Below are positions 22,548-35,447 of a stretch of 64,000 nt of DNA, piece after piece. This DNA is from an uncultured delta proteobacterium (GTDB lineage Bacteria > Desulfobacterota > Desulfuromonadia > Desulfuromonadales > JACZKF01), in assembly GCA_963816395.1 (NCBI GenBank), contig CAWFKQ010000006.1:287231-351230 (forward strand). The letters run 5' to 3'. Under the pieces are notes generated by a model. The model was not told the DNA's origin. It ran no database searches and saw only the letters and a list, made by a program, of their open reading frames with translations. A program made the position numbers and the translations under genes. Position 1 is the stretch's first letter. Each line of letters starts with the position of its first letter.

Positions 22548-24819
22548 ATGTCCGTAATCCGGCTGACCTGATCGCCTTTCTCGAAAACCACGCCCCCCGC
22601 CCTCTCTCCGCCCGGGAAATTTTTGACGGGCTCGAACTCTCCCGCAAGGAGCGCTCGAAGGCCGGCCGTCTCCTCGAGGCGCTGGCCGGCGAGGGCACCC
22701 TGGTCCGCCTCAAGGGGGACCGCTATTCCCTGCCGCAGCAGGTCAACCTGGTGGTCGGGACGGTGAGCGTCCATCGCGACGGCTACGGTTTCGTCGCCAG
22801 GCCCGGCGAGGCAGGGGGGCGACGTCTTCATCCCCGCCCGCTACCTGCGCGAGGTCATGCACGGCGACCGGCTTGTCGTCCGGGTGGAGCACGGCTGGCG
22901 CGGCGGCAGGCCCGAGGGGCGGGTCGTCCGGGTCCTCGAACGGGCGCACCGGACGCTGGTCGGGCGCTTTGAAGCGGGGCGCCGTTTCGGTTACGTGGTG
23001 CCGGCCGATCCCCGGCTCAGCCACGGACCTGTACATCGCCAGCGGGGCGGAAAACGGCGCCCGGGACGGCCAGATGGTCCTCGCCCGCATCGATGTCTAC
23101 CCGGGGAGAACGCGCAACCCGGAGGGATCGATCGTCGAAATCCTCGGGCAGCCGGACGACCCGGAAGTCGAAATCCTGACCATCGCCCACAAGCATGATC
23201 TTCCGTACCGCTTCCCGGAGGAGGTCCTGGCCGCAGTCGGCGGCAGTTCCCGACCAGGTGGCAGCGGAGGACCTGGCCGGACGCGAGGATCTGCGGCACC
23301 TGCCCCTGGTTACCATCGACGGCGAGACGGCCAGGGATTTCGACGATGCGGTCGGTGCGCCAGCCGGGAGAAGGACGGCCGCATTCGCCTGTGGGTGGCG
23401 ATTGCCGATGTCGGCCATTATGTCCCCGAAGGGAGCGCCATCGACGAGGAGGCCCTGGAGCGGGGCACCAGCGTCTATTTCCCCGGCCGGGCCATCCCCA
23501 TGCTGCCGGAGCGGCTGAGCAACGGCATCTGTTCCCTGAACCCGGCGGTCGACCGGCTGGCGATGACCGCCGAGATGGTTTTCGACCGGCAGGGGGAGCG
23601 GCTGGAGAGCCGTTTTTACCCGGCGGTCATCCGCAGCCAGGCGCGCCTGACCTACACGCGAGGTGCGGGACCTGCTCGGCTGGCGATGCCGCCGGTCGGC
23701 GACATCCAGCGCCGGGACTTCTGCCGCAGCTGCAGGTGATGGCTGAGCTGGCCGAGCGCCTGACCGCCATGCGCCGGCGGCGCGGCAGCCTCGATTTCGA
23801 TCTGCCCGAGGCCGAGGTCGTTCTCGATCTGCGCGGCCGACCGGAGAACATCGTCCGCTCCGAACGCTCCCTGGCCCACCGCCTGATCGAGGAATTCATG
23901 CTGGCCGCCAATGAGGCGGTGGCGACCTTCCTCGCCGGGAAGAACGCCCCCGTCCTCTTCCGGGTGCATGAGCCGCCCGATCTGGAGAAACTGCAGGCTT
24001 TTCAGGAGTTCATCGCCCATTTCAGCCTTGGCCTGGTTCTCGACCCGGCAGCGGCGGCGACTCCCGGCGGCTGCAGGAGCTGCTGGCCGCCGTCGAAGGG
24101 AAAGCCTGAGGAGCGGGTGATCAACCAGGTGCTGCTGCGCAGCATGAAGCAGGCCCGTTATGCGCCCGACAATGTCGGCCATTTCGGGCTGGCGGCGCCA
24201 CTCTACTGCCATTTCACGTCACCCATCCGCCGCTATCCGGATCTGGTGGTGCACCGGGTGCTGCGCCAGGTCCTGCGCCGGGGCGGCCTTTCCGCCAAGC
24301 GCCGCGGCGCACCTGCAGGAGGTCTCTGCCCGGCCTGGGCGAGCATACCTCGCAGCGGGAGCGGCGGGCCATGGAGGCGGAACGGGAGGTCATCGCCCTG
24401 AAGAAGTGCCAGTTCATGGCCGATAAGGTCGGCGAGGAGTTCGCGCGGCCTGATCTCCGGCGTCCAGCCCTTCGGTTTTTTCGTCGAACTGGAGGATTTC
24501 TTCGTCGAGGGGCTGGTGCATGTCTCCAGCCTGACGCGACGATTTCTACCATTATCGAGGAGGACCTGCACCGGCTGATCGGTGCAGAATCGCCGGCGGG
24601 AATTCCAGGTGGGAGCGGAGGTTCCGGGTCACCGTGGCCAAGGTCGATCTCGAGCGGCGGGAAATCGATTTCGCCTTGGCGGACATGGAGCCGCGGCGCG
24701 AGGCAGAGGCAAGCCGCGAGGGAAAGGCAAGAGGCAAAGGCAAAAGACAAGCGGCAAGGGGACAGGACAACAAGGGCAAGGGGCGAGGAGCAAGAGGGGA
24801 AGGCAAGAGGCAAAGGTGA
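22548..24819 (+). CDS. rnr: Ribonuclease R (multiple frameshifts)
   Basis: [54 protein letters not shown]1 domain, basic tail. Confidence 0.92.
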
Positions 24820-24868
24820 AGGGCAAGAGCCGAAAGCCGTTAGCCGTTAGCCGCTCGCCGAAAAATCC

Positions 24869-25863
24869 ATGAAAATAATCAGAAACCTGCAAGAACTTGA
24901 GCCCCCCTGCCGGGGCCGTGGTCACCATCGGCAACTTCGACGGCGTCCATCTCGGCCATCGCGAAATTTTCCGCCGGGTGGTGGCCGCGGGCGCGGGAGA
25001 TGGATGGCACCGCCGTGGTCTTTACCTTTGTTCCGCATCCGCGCAAGGTGCTGGCCCCTGAGCAGGCGCCCCGGCAGATCAATACCGAGGCGGAAAAGGA
25101 GCGACTGATTGAGGCTTCCTGCATCGATGTGCTGATCTGCGCTCCGTTCACCCGCGAAATGGCGGCCTTCCGGCCGAAAAATTCGTCCGGGAGATGCTGG
25201 TCGAGCGGATCGGTGTCCGCCACTGGTGATCGGTTACGACTATGCCTTCGGTCGCAACCGGGAAGGGGACAGCGATTTTCTTCTCCGCCAGGGGGAGGCA
25301 TTCGGTTTTGCCGTGGAAATCGTCGGCCCGATCGTCCGGGACGGGGAAGTCTACAGCTCCACCCGCATCCGGGAGATGATTCGGAACGGCCAGGTGGCGG
25401 AGGCGGCGAAGCTGCTGGGGCGCCATTTCACCCTGGAGGGGGGGGTGGTCCACGGAGCCAAGCGCGGCAAAGGGCTCGGCTTTCCCACCGCCAACCTGGA
25501 GACGGACAAGGAACTTCTGCCGCGCCCCGGGGTTTATGCGGTCAAGGTTCGCTATGGCGAGGAGATCCTGGACGGGGTGGTGAACATCGGCTGCAATCCG
25601 ACTTTCTGTTGCGAAGGGATCTCGGTGGAAGTGCATCTGCTCGATTTCGACCGGGAGATCTACGGGGAAATGCTGCGGCTCTATTTCGTCGCCCGGCTGC
25701 GCGACGAGATGCTGTTTCCCGCTCCCGCGGAGCTGGTGCAGGCGATCGGCAGGGATGTGGCGCGGGCGCGGGAACTGCTGGCCGGAGCCCGGCTCATCGA
25801 ATACCGCGAGTATCTCGACTGCGGCCAACTGGTCGGTCCGCGACCGACAAGGAAGGCCCTTAA
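24869..25863 (+). CDS. ribF: Bifunctional riboflavin kinase/FAD synthetase (frameshifted; 3' end approximate)
   Basis: TIGNFDGVHLGH, IGYDYAFG, SSTRIR, LGFPTAN, GVYAV, VEVHLLDF. Confidence 0.92.
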
Positions 25864-26087
25864 GCGAGCTGAATGCGTCCAACATGTGCCTGTGGCACAC
25901 CCGAAGCAAGGAAATCGTTCTGACGCAAGGCGCAACGGGAAATGCAAGCGAAGGCTGTCAAGCAGCAGGCTTACGGATCTTCTCTGCGCCTTGATTCTCG
26001 CTTTCGTCTATGCAAATCGTTTTTGGGCATTGGCAGAAAGTGCCGGGTGTTCCGGAGAGGCCGCGGCGAATCCGGTCTGAAACCGGC

Positions 26088-26103
26088 GGGCACGCGCCTT
26101 GCA
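26088..26103 (+). promoter_or_regulatory. Sigma54 -24/-12 promoter upstream of pilB
   Basis: GGCACG-CGCC-TTGCA matches GGCACG-N4-TTGCW. Confidence 0.6.
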
Positions 26104-26222
26104 AAATTCCATTTCTCTGGGCGACGACTAATCAATGCCGTTTGACAGGTGAACCGCCGTGCAATATGATCCGGATAATATGTGCCGCATACATTGATTG
26201 CATTGGGGAGACGATCCTTTCT

Positions 26223-27928
<1,706 letters not shown>

Positions 27929-27998
27929 GTTCAGTTTAATTAGGCCCGCTCCTTGCTCAACCGATTAATCTGCCGCTATTCGTCCCGCGAGGTTCCCG

Positions 27999-29119
27999 TT
28001 GTCCAGCATCGAGCATCCATCAACTGCTCAAGACCATGGTCGAACAGGGGTCGTCCGACCTGCATCTCACCACCGGCTCTCCGCCGCAGGTGCGGATCGA
28101 CGGGCATATGAAGCCGCTCAAGCTGCCGCCTCTGCAGCCGGTCGAAACCAAGCAGCTCTGCTACTAGCATTCTTACCGATGCCCAGAAGCGCAAGTTCGA
28201 GGAGGAGAACGAGCTCGACCTCTCCTTCGGCGTCAAGGGGCTGGCCCGCTTCCGCGGCAACATCTTCCTCCAGCGCGGCGCCCTGGCCGGGGTTTTCCGG
28301 CTGATCCCTTCAAGATCCTCACCTTCGAGGAGCTCGGCCTGCCGCCGGTGGTCAAGCGAGATCGCCCGCAAGCCGCGCGGCCTGGTCCTGGTGACCGGTC
28401 CCGACCGGCAGCGGCAAGTCGACCACCCTGGCCTCGATCATCGACACGATCAACACCGAGCGCCACGAGCACATCATCACCATCGAGGATCCGATCGAGT
28501 TCTCCATCCGCACAAGAACTGCCTGGTCAACCAGCGGGAAGTCGGCGCCGACACCCAGTCCTTCAAGAAGGCCCTCAAGTACGATCCTGCGCCAGGATCC
28601 GGACGTGGTCCTGATCGGCGAGCTGCGCGACCTGGAGACGATCGAGGCGGCCCTGACCATCGCCGAGACCGGCCACCTCTGCTTCGCCACCCTGCATACC
28701 AACGGCTGCGTGCAGACCATCAACCGCATCGTCGACGTCTTTCCCACCCATCAGCAGCAGCAGGTGCGCACCCAGCTCTCCTTCGTCCTGGAGGGGGTTC
28801 TTTCCCAGACCCTGCTCCCGCAGGTCGCAGGGGCAAGGGGCGCGCCCTGGCCCTGGAGGTCATGGTGCCCAACATGGCCATCCGCGCCCTGATCCGCGAC
28901 GACAAGGTGCACCAGATCTATTCGCAGATGCAGATGGGGCAGGACAAATTCGGCATGCAGACCATGAACCAGGCCTTGTTCATGCTCTATCACACCAAGA
29001 AAGATCTCGCATGGAAATGGCCCTGTCCCGCTCCTCGGATCCCGAAGAGCTGAAGCAGATGATCGCCAACCCTGCCGCCGTGCTGCGACGCCAGCGTGTC
29101 GAGCGCCGGCAGGGGCTGA
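27999..29119 (+). CDS. pilT: Type IV pilus retraction ATPase PilT (frameshifted)
   Basis: SDLHLTTG, ARFRGN, HIITIEDPIE, VNQREVG, AETGHL..TLHT, AIRALIRDDK. Confidence 0.92.
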
Positions 29120-29176
29120 GCCGGCCGAATGTCTGGTACCACTGAACACCGCGCAATTTACTGACGAGAGGACGAT

Positions 29177-30400
29177 ATGCCCAAGTTTTCCTGGGAAGGA
29201 AAGACCCGCACCGGCCAGGAGCAGAAGGGCGAGATGGAGGCTCCCAACGAAGCCGCCGTCACCGCCAGCTGCGGCGGCAGGGGATCATGCCGTCCAAGAT
29301 CAAGGAGCGCGGCAAGGGGCTGGATATCGAGCTCAAGATCCCCGGCTTCGCAGCCCAAGGTCACCACCAAGGACCTGGTCGTCTTCACCCGCCAGTTCGC
29401 CACCATGATCGATGCCGGTCTGCCCCTGGTGCAGTGCCTGGATATTCTCTCCAGCCAGCAGGAGAATAAAACCTTCAAGAAGATCCTGATCCAGGTGAAG
29501 GAGAGCGTCGAGTCGGGCTCCACCTTCGCCGATGCCCTGAAAAAGCACCCGAAGGCCTTTGACGAACTCTATGTCAACCTGGTGGCGGCGGGGGAGGTCG
29601 GCGGCATCCTCGATACCATCCTCAACCGCCTGGCCGCCTATATCGAAAAAGCCCTGAAGCTGAAGAAGCAGGTCAAGAGCGCCATGACCTATCCGACCAC
29701 CATCGTCGGCATCGCCGCTGGTGGTCATCGCGGTCATCCTGATTTTCGTCATCCCGGCCTTCGAGAAGATGTTCGCCGATTTCGGCGGCAGCTCTGCCGC
29801 TGCCGACCCAGATCGTCATCAACCTGAGCAACTTCATCCAGCACTATATCCTGGTGATCATCGGTGCCATTGTCGGCCTGATAGCGCTCTTTCAAACGGA
29901 TCTACAAGACGCAGAAAGGGCGGGCAAAGATCGACGATCTGGCCCTTGAAGCTGCCGATTTTCGGCATCCTGATCCGCAAAGTGGCGGTGGCCAAATTCA
30001 CCCGCACCCTGGGGACGATGATCTCCAGCGGCGTGCCGATTCTCGACGGGCTGGACATCGTCGCCAAGACCGCCGGCAACAAGACGGTGGAGAACGCCAT
30101 CTACCGGGTCAAGCAGAGCATCAGCGAAGGCAAGACGATCGCCGAGCCGCTGGAAAAGTCGGGGGTTTTCCCCTCCATGGTCTGCCAGATGATCACTGTC
30201 GGCGAGCAATCCGGCTCCATCGACACCATGCTGAACAAGATCGCCGATTTCTACGATGACGAGGTCGACGATGCGGTGGGCAATCTCACGGCGATGATGG
30301 AGCCGCTGCTCATGCTCTTTCTCGGGGCACCACCGTCGGCGGCCTGGTCATTGCCATGTACCTGCCGATCTTCAAGCTGGCCGGCACCGTCGGCGGGTGA
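29177..30400 (+). CDS. pilC: Type IV pilus inner-membrane platform PilC (frameshifted)
   Basis: FTRQFATMIDAGLPL, AGEVGG.LD, KSAMTYP, GEQSGSID.ML.KIADFY, MYLPIF. Confidence 0.95.
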
Positions 30401-32084
30401 TGGTTTCTCCTCTGCCCGTACCGCCCGCGGAGCCGACCCGCCGCCAGCTGTGCTGGTATCTTCTTGCCCGGGAATCCGGTCATTACCCTGTTTCTCGGCG
30501 GGACGATCCTCTATCTGCTGCGCGGCAGCGAAGCGGGAGCATCCCTCCCTCTCCCCCCTCTATCTGCTCGTCGGCGTCTCCTATCTCCAGGCCCTGCTCT
30601 CCGCCGGGCTGCTGCCGAAGGTTCGGCGGCTGCGCCTGTTCGCCCAGGCCCAGGTCGTCTGGGACCTGCTGTTCGTGGCCATCCTCATCTATTGTACCGG
30701 CGGCATCGACAGCATCTTTTCCTTCCTGTTTCTCCTGGTCATCGTCAGCTCCAGTGTTTTTCTCCGCCGCAAGGAGGTGCTCTTCGTCGCCTCCGCGGCC
30801 GCCATTCTTTACGGCAGCCTGCTGGATCTGCAGTTCTACGGCTATCTGCCCCATCTGCGCAGCCTGATTTTCCCGGAGAGGATCGAAGGGCGGCAGGTAT
30901 TCTACGCGGTCTTCGTCAATGTCCTCGCCTTTTTCCTGACCGGCTTCCTGAGCGGCACCGTCTCCGAGCGGCTGCGCCGCAGCGAACAGGCCCTGGAGAG
31001 ACGGGAAACCGATTTTGAAGAACTCGAACACCTCAACCGCTCCATCCTGGCGAACATCACCAGCGGCCTGATGATCGTCGACTCGCAGGGGCGCATCCGG
31101 TCCTTTAACAGCGCCGCCGGCAAGATCACCGGTTTTTCCCTACGAGGAAGCTTACGACTCGCGACATCCGGGAGCTCTTCCCCGATTTTCGGGTGTTCAA
31201 TGAAGGGCGATTCAAGGTGGTCCGCCGCGGCGAGGCGCCGTTCGTCAATCGCGCCGGGCGGCAGCTGATCCTGGGCTATGCTTCCTCGCCGGTGGGCGAC
31301 CCGCAGGGAAGAGGCGGGGGGCTGCTGGTGACCTTTCAGGATCTGACGCAGCTGAAGGGGATGGAGGAGCAGTTCAAGCGGGCCGACCGGCTGGCGGCCG
31401 TCGGCCGGCTGGCTTCCGGCATGGCGCACGAGATCCGCAACCCCCTGGCCTCGATCAGCGGCTCCATCCAGCTGCTGATGGAAAGCCGGCAGATGCGGCG
31501 AAGAGGACCGGCGGCTGATGGGGATCGTGGTGAAAGAGGCCAACCGGTTGAGCGACCTGCTGACCGATTTTCTGGTCTTCGCCCGCCCCAAGCCGCCGAA
31601 GCCGAAAGCCGTCGACCTGTCATCGCTGCTCGACGAACTGGCCGGCATGCTCGCCTCGGACCGCCGGTTCGCGGCGATCGAGATCCGCCGGGAATATCCG
31701 CCGGGAATTGTCCTGCGGCTCGATCGCGACCAGATCAGGCAGGCCCTGTGGAACCTGGCGATCAACGGCGCCGAGGCGATGCCGGACGGCGGCATCCTGT
31801 ACCTGGGGATCGAGGAGCATACGACGCTCTATGTCGAGGATACCGGGACCGGCATCCCCGAGGAGATCCGCGACCGGATTTTCGATCCGTTCTTCACCAC
31901 CAAGGATATGGGCACCGGCCTGGGACTGGCCACCGTCTACACCATCTTCGAAGGGCACGGCGGGCGCATCGAGGTGCGGCGGCGGCCGCCGGGGCGGTGC
32001 CCGCTTCTCCATCCGGCTGCCGGAACAGCCGCCCGGGACCGGGGGGGAAGAAAAATTGCCTTTCCGCTCACAGGGTGGTTATAA
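30400..32084 (+). CDS. pilS: Sensor kinase PilS (frameshifted)
   Basis: Multi-TM N-terminus with [14 protein letters not shown] region, [16 protein letters not shown]; between pilC and pilR. Confidence 0.88.
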
Positions 32085-32124
32085 TGCAGCGCCTGACACA
32101 AGGGAGCCCCGGAAAAGCCAGATT

Positions 32125-33522
32125 ATGACCGATACTCAGAATCCATTTCGTATATTGGTCGTCGACGACGAAGAAAGCCTGCGCGAGATCCTCACCATCA
32201 TGCTGCATCGGGAGGGTTACCGGGTGGACGCCGCCGGCCGACGGCGCGCAGGCCCTGACCCACCTGAAGGAACACGGCTACGACCTGGTGATCAGCGATA
32301 TCAAGATGCCGCGGCTGAACGGCCTCGAGCTCCTGCGCCAGATCAAGGAGCGCACCCCCGAGACCGCCGTGATCATGATCACCGCCTTCTCCTCCACGGA
32401 AGAGGCGGTGGAGGCGATGAAGCAGGGGGCCTACGATTACATCACCAAGCCGTTCAAGAACGAGGAGATCCGGCTGATCGTCCGCAACGCCCTGGAGCGC
32501 AAGGTGCTGCGCGAGGAGAACAGCGAACTGAAGAAGGAGCTGGGCCGGCGCTACTCCTTCGGCAGCCTGGTGGGCAAGAGCAAGCCGATGCAGGAGGTCT
32601 ACGACCTCATCCAGAAGGTGGCCGGCAGCCGGGCCAACGTGCTGATCACCGGCGAAAGCGGCACCGGCAAGGAACTGGTCGCCAAGGCGCATCCACTACA
32701 ACAGCGAGCGGCGGGACAAGCCGTTCATCCCCATCAACTGCGGGGCGATTCCGGAGAACCTGCTGGAGAGCGAACTGTTCGGCCACGAAAAGGGCTCCTT
32801 CACCGGCGCCGTGCAGCAGAAGGCCGGCCTGTTCGAAGTGGCCAACGGCGGCACCCTTTTTCTCGACGAAATCGGCGAACTGCCGCCGATGATGCAGGTG
32901 AAGCTGCTGCGGGTGCTGCAGGAGCGCGAATTCCGCCGGGTCGGCGGCACCCGGGACATCCAGGTCGACGTGCGCCTGATCGCCGCCACCAACAAGGATC
33001 TGGAAGCCGAAGTGAGCCGCGGCGCCTTCCGCGAGGACCTCTTCTACCGCCTCAACGTCATCCGCATCAATCTCCCCCCGCTGCGCGAGCGCCGCGAGGA
33101 TCTTCCCCTGCTCATCGAGCACCTCTTCAAGAAATTGACCGGCGCCGATACCGGCCGCATCGCCGACGGCGCCATGCGGCGGCTGCTCGATTATCACTGG
33201 CCCGGCAACATCCGCGAGCTGGAGAACTTCCTCGAGCGCTGCGTGGTTCTCGGCCAGACCGGGGAGATCACCGAAGACCACCTGCCGCCGCAGATGCAGG
33301 GGCGGGCGGTCGACCTGCGCCGGGCAGATCGAAGAGATTCCCGACACCGGCCTCGATCTGGACGACTACCTGGGGAGCATCGAGAGGGATATCCTGCTCA
33401 AGGCCCTGGAAAAGACCGGCGGGGTGCGCAAAAAGGCGGCGGAGCTGCTGGGGATCACTTTTCGGTCGATTCGCTACCGGCTGGCGAAGTTCGGGATTGA
33501 GTTGGGGGAGGAGGAGGAGTAG
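32125..33522 (+). CDS. pilR: Sigma54-dependent response regulator PilR (frameshifted)
   Basis: [33 protein letters not shown] ending FRSIRYRL.K. Confidence 0.9.
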
Positions 33523-33523
33523 G

Positions 33524-33758
33524 CCCCCTCTCCCCAGCCCTCTCCCACAGAGGGGAGGGAGCAAGGCATAAGGTCCTTTTCCTAGATTGTCTCCCCTCCC
33601 TTTATGGAGGGGCCGGGGAGGGTGATCCCCCTCTCCCCAACCCTCTCCCACAGAGGGGAGAGGGAGCAAGGCTTCTTTCTTCGATTGTCTCCTCCCTTTG
33701 ACGGGAGGGCCGCCCGATTGTCTCCCCTCCCTTGATGGGAGGGGCCGGGGGAGGGTGA
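33524..33758. repeat. Left array of alternating REP-like hairpins (A+, B-, A+, partial B, B-)
   Basis: A = CCCCTCTCCCC..CCCTCTCCC-ACAGA-GGGGAG(A)GGGAG at 33524 and 33627; B = TCTCCCCTCCC-N5-GG(G)AGGGGCCGGGG(G)AGGGTGA at 33590 and 33721. Confidence 0.85.
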
Positions 33759-33764
33759 AAACTC

Positions 33765-34175
33765 ATGCCCGCAAACCTTACCCAGACCGCCAGGGATCTT
33801 AGAAAGGCTTCCACCGACGCGGAACGTCTCCTATGGCGGCACCTCAAAGCGAAGCAGCTGGAGGGCCTGAAATTCCGCCGGCAGGAGCAGATCGGCCGCT
33901 TTATTGTCGATTTCGTCTGCTACGAAAAGTCCTTGATTATCGAAGCCGACGGCGGTCAGCATGCGCTGGAGCGCGAGAAGGACGAAGAGCGGACCCTCTG
34001 GTTGAATGCGCAGGGTTTTAAGGTGCTGCGATTTTGGAATCATGAGATCTTGACGAATATTGAGGGAGTTCTTGAGGTTGTGAGGGGATCAGGCCATTCA
34101 TTAGATGCTCCCCTCCTGATGCCGGGGAGGGTGACCCCTCCCCCGACCCTCTCCCACAGAGGGGAGAGGGAGTAA
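33765..34175 (+). CDS. DUF559 (Vsr/PD-(D/E)XK-like) endonuclease domain protein
   Basis: ARDLRK..TDAERLLWRHL, KFRRQ..IGRFIVDF, IIEADGGQH, D.ERT.WL...GFKVLRFWN. Confidence 0.9.
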   Translation: MPANLTQTARDLRKASTDAERLLWRHLKAKQLEGLKFRRQEQIGRFIVDFVCYEKSLIIEADGGQHALEREKDEERTLWLNAQGFKVLRFWNHEILTNIEGVLEVVRGSGHSLDAPLLMPGRVTPPPTLSHRGERE

Positions 34176-34437
34176 GGCTCTGACAACATTGGATGATGCC
34201 GATTTCTCCCCTCCTTCTGCCGGAAGGCCGTTGATTGTCTCCCCTCCCTTTATGGGAGGGGCCGGGGGAGGGTGATTCCCCTCTCCCCCGCCCTCTCCCA
34301 CAGAGGGGAGAGGGGGCCAAGAGCAAATTCAAGTTAATCTTCGGGCATTATTGATGGGCTTTGCCTCGATTTTCCTTCCTAGGAGGGCCGCCCGATTGTC
34401 TCCCCTCCCTTTGATGGGAGGGGCAGGGGGGAGGGTG
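34108..34437. repeat. Right array of alternating REP-like hairpins
   Basis: Partial B at 34108, A at 34135, B at 34238, A at 34278, B at 34399. Confidence 0.85.
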
Positions 34438-34468
34438 AAGCTGAAGAAGTGAGAAAGAAGCCCCGGAG

Positions 34469-34483
34469 TGACGATAATTGTCA
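34469..34483. promoter_or_regulatory. Candidate PilR enhancer site
   Basis: TGAC-GATAATT-GTCA palindrome about 100 bp upstream of the pilA sigma54 promoter. Confidence 0.4.
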
Positions 34484-34583
34484 GGGGATTTGACGTTATT
34501 GGGGCTCGTCTGAAAAGTTCCGATCCCCGACTAAGGCAGAGTAAGCTAGCAACTTTAAATGTGTTTTTAATTTCCCTTGTTTC

Positions 34584-34599
34584 TGGCATGCCCGTTGCT
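34584..34599 (+). promoter_or_regulatory. Sigma54 -24/-12 promoter of pilA
   Basis: TGGCATGCCCGTTGCT with GG-N10-GC spacing; PilR/sigma54 control of pilA is established in Geobacter and Pseudomonas. Confidence 0.8.
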
Positions 34600-34696
34600 A
34601 GTTTAAGTCTCAGGTTTTTTGGCAGGAGGATACATCCAATTTCTTGCGTGCCGGTTTTCCGGCCAGATGGGTACACCATTCAAAAGGAGAAGAAAC

Positions 34697-34925
34697 ATGC
34701 TGAAGAAATTCAGAAAGTCCGAAAAGGGTTTCACCCTGATCGAGCTGCTGATCGTCGTCGCGATCATCGGCATCCTGGCGGCGATCGCCATTCCGCAGTT
34801 CGCTGCCTATCGGCAGAAGGCGTACAACAGCGCCGCCCAGCAGCGACCTGAAGAACCTGAAGACCGGCATGGAAGCCTATATGGCTGACAACCAGGAATA
34901 CCCCGGCTGTTCTCGCATCTGCTAA
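34697..34925 (+). CDS. pilA: Short Geobacter-type major pilin PilA-N (one frameshift near 34838)
   Basis: [60 protein letters not shown] after removing one C; AGGAG RBS. Confidence 0.92.
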
Positions 34926-34976
34926 CTAAACTACTTAGACTCTAGCCTGATGAGGGCATCGAAAAGGAGATCTCTT

Positions 34977-35366
34977 ATGAAAAAAATTCTTATTTTGACG
35001 GCGCTCTTTCTTTTGGTCGCATCGACCTGCTTTTGCTGCCGTACTTCAGGCGATATCGATGGTCTTTCACTGATGCCGGTCTAAGGCCTTGCACGGTGCT
35101 GCAATACAGCTGCCGCTGACTCGCACCGCGTCTGATCGGTAAAACCTCAACTGGCGTGGTCGTGGGTTGGAATACGACTCGGCGCGGCTATGCCCTGATG
35201 ACCCAGCACAAAAGCGGCACCAAGGCTTATGGCTCTTCCTACGACAGCACCGCCATTTATCCAGACCACGTACCGATGGCAACACCGGGCGATACGGCCT
35301 TACTCGGAGCCTGACTGCAACCGACACCACCGATTTCGCTACGCTAATGGCTGGAAGCCAATGTAA
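34977..35366 (+). CDS. PilA-C-like secreted partner protein (heavily frameshifted)
   Basis: AAGGAG RBS; signal peptide MKKILILTALFLLVAST; fragments LIGKTSTGVVVGWNT, GYALMTQHKSGTKAYGSSYDSTAIY, terminal WKPM; directly after the short pilA. Confidence 0.7.
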
Positions 35367-35393
35367 GTTATCTTGTCTTAGTCTGACAAAGAA

Positions 35394-35420
35394 CGGGATG
35401 TCTCGGCATCCCGCTTTTTT
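35394..35420 (+). terminator. Rho-independent terminator after pilA-N/pilA-C
   Basis: CGGGATG-TCTCGG-CATCCCG followed by CTTTTTT. Confidence 0.75.
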
Positions 35421-35447
35421 ATGTTTTGGAAAGGAGTGTTCGCAACC

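Noticed and set aside
25860..26220. Cyclic-dinucleotide (GEMM) riboswitch upstream of pilB
   Set aside because: Could not identify the conserved GEMM stems and tetraloop/receptor by eye; an Infernal/Rfam search would be needed.
33524..34437. CRISPR array
   Set aside because: Units alternate in orientation and type, spacing is irregular, spacers are partly repeated, and no cas genes are present in the window.
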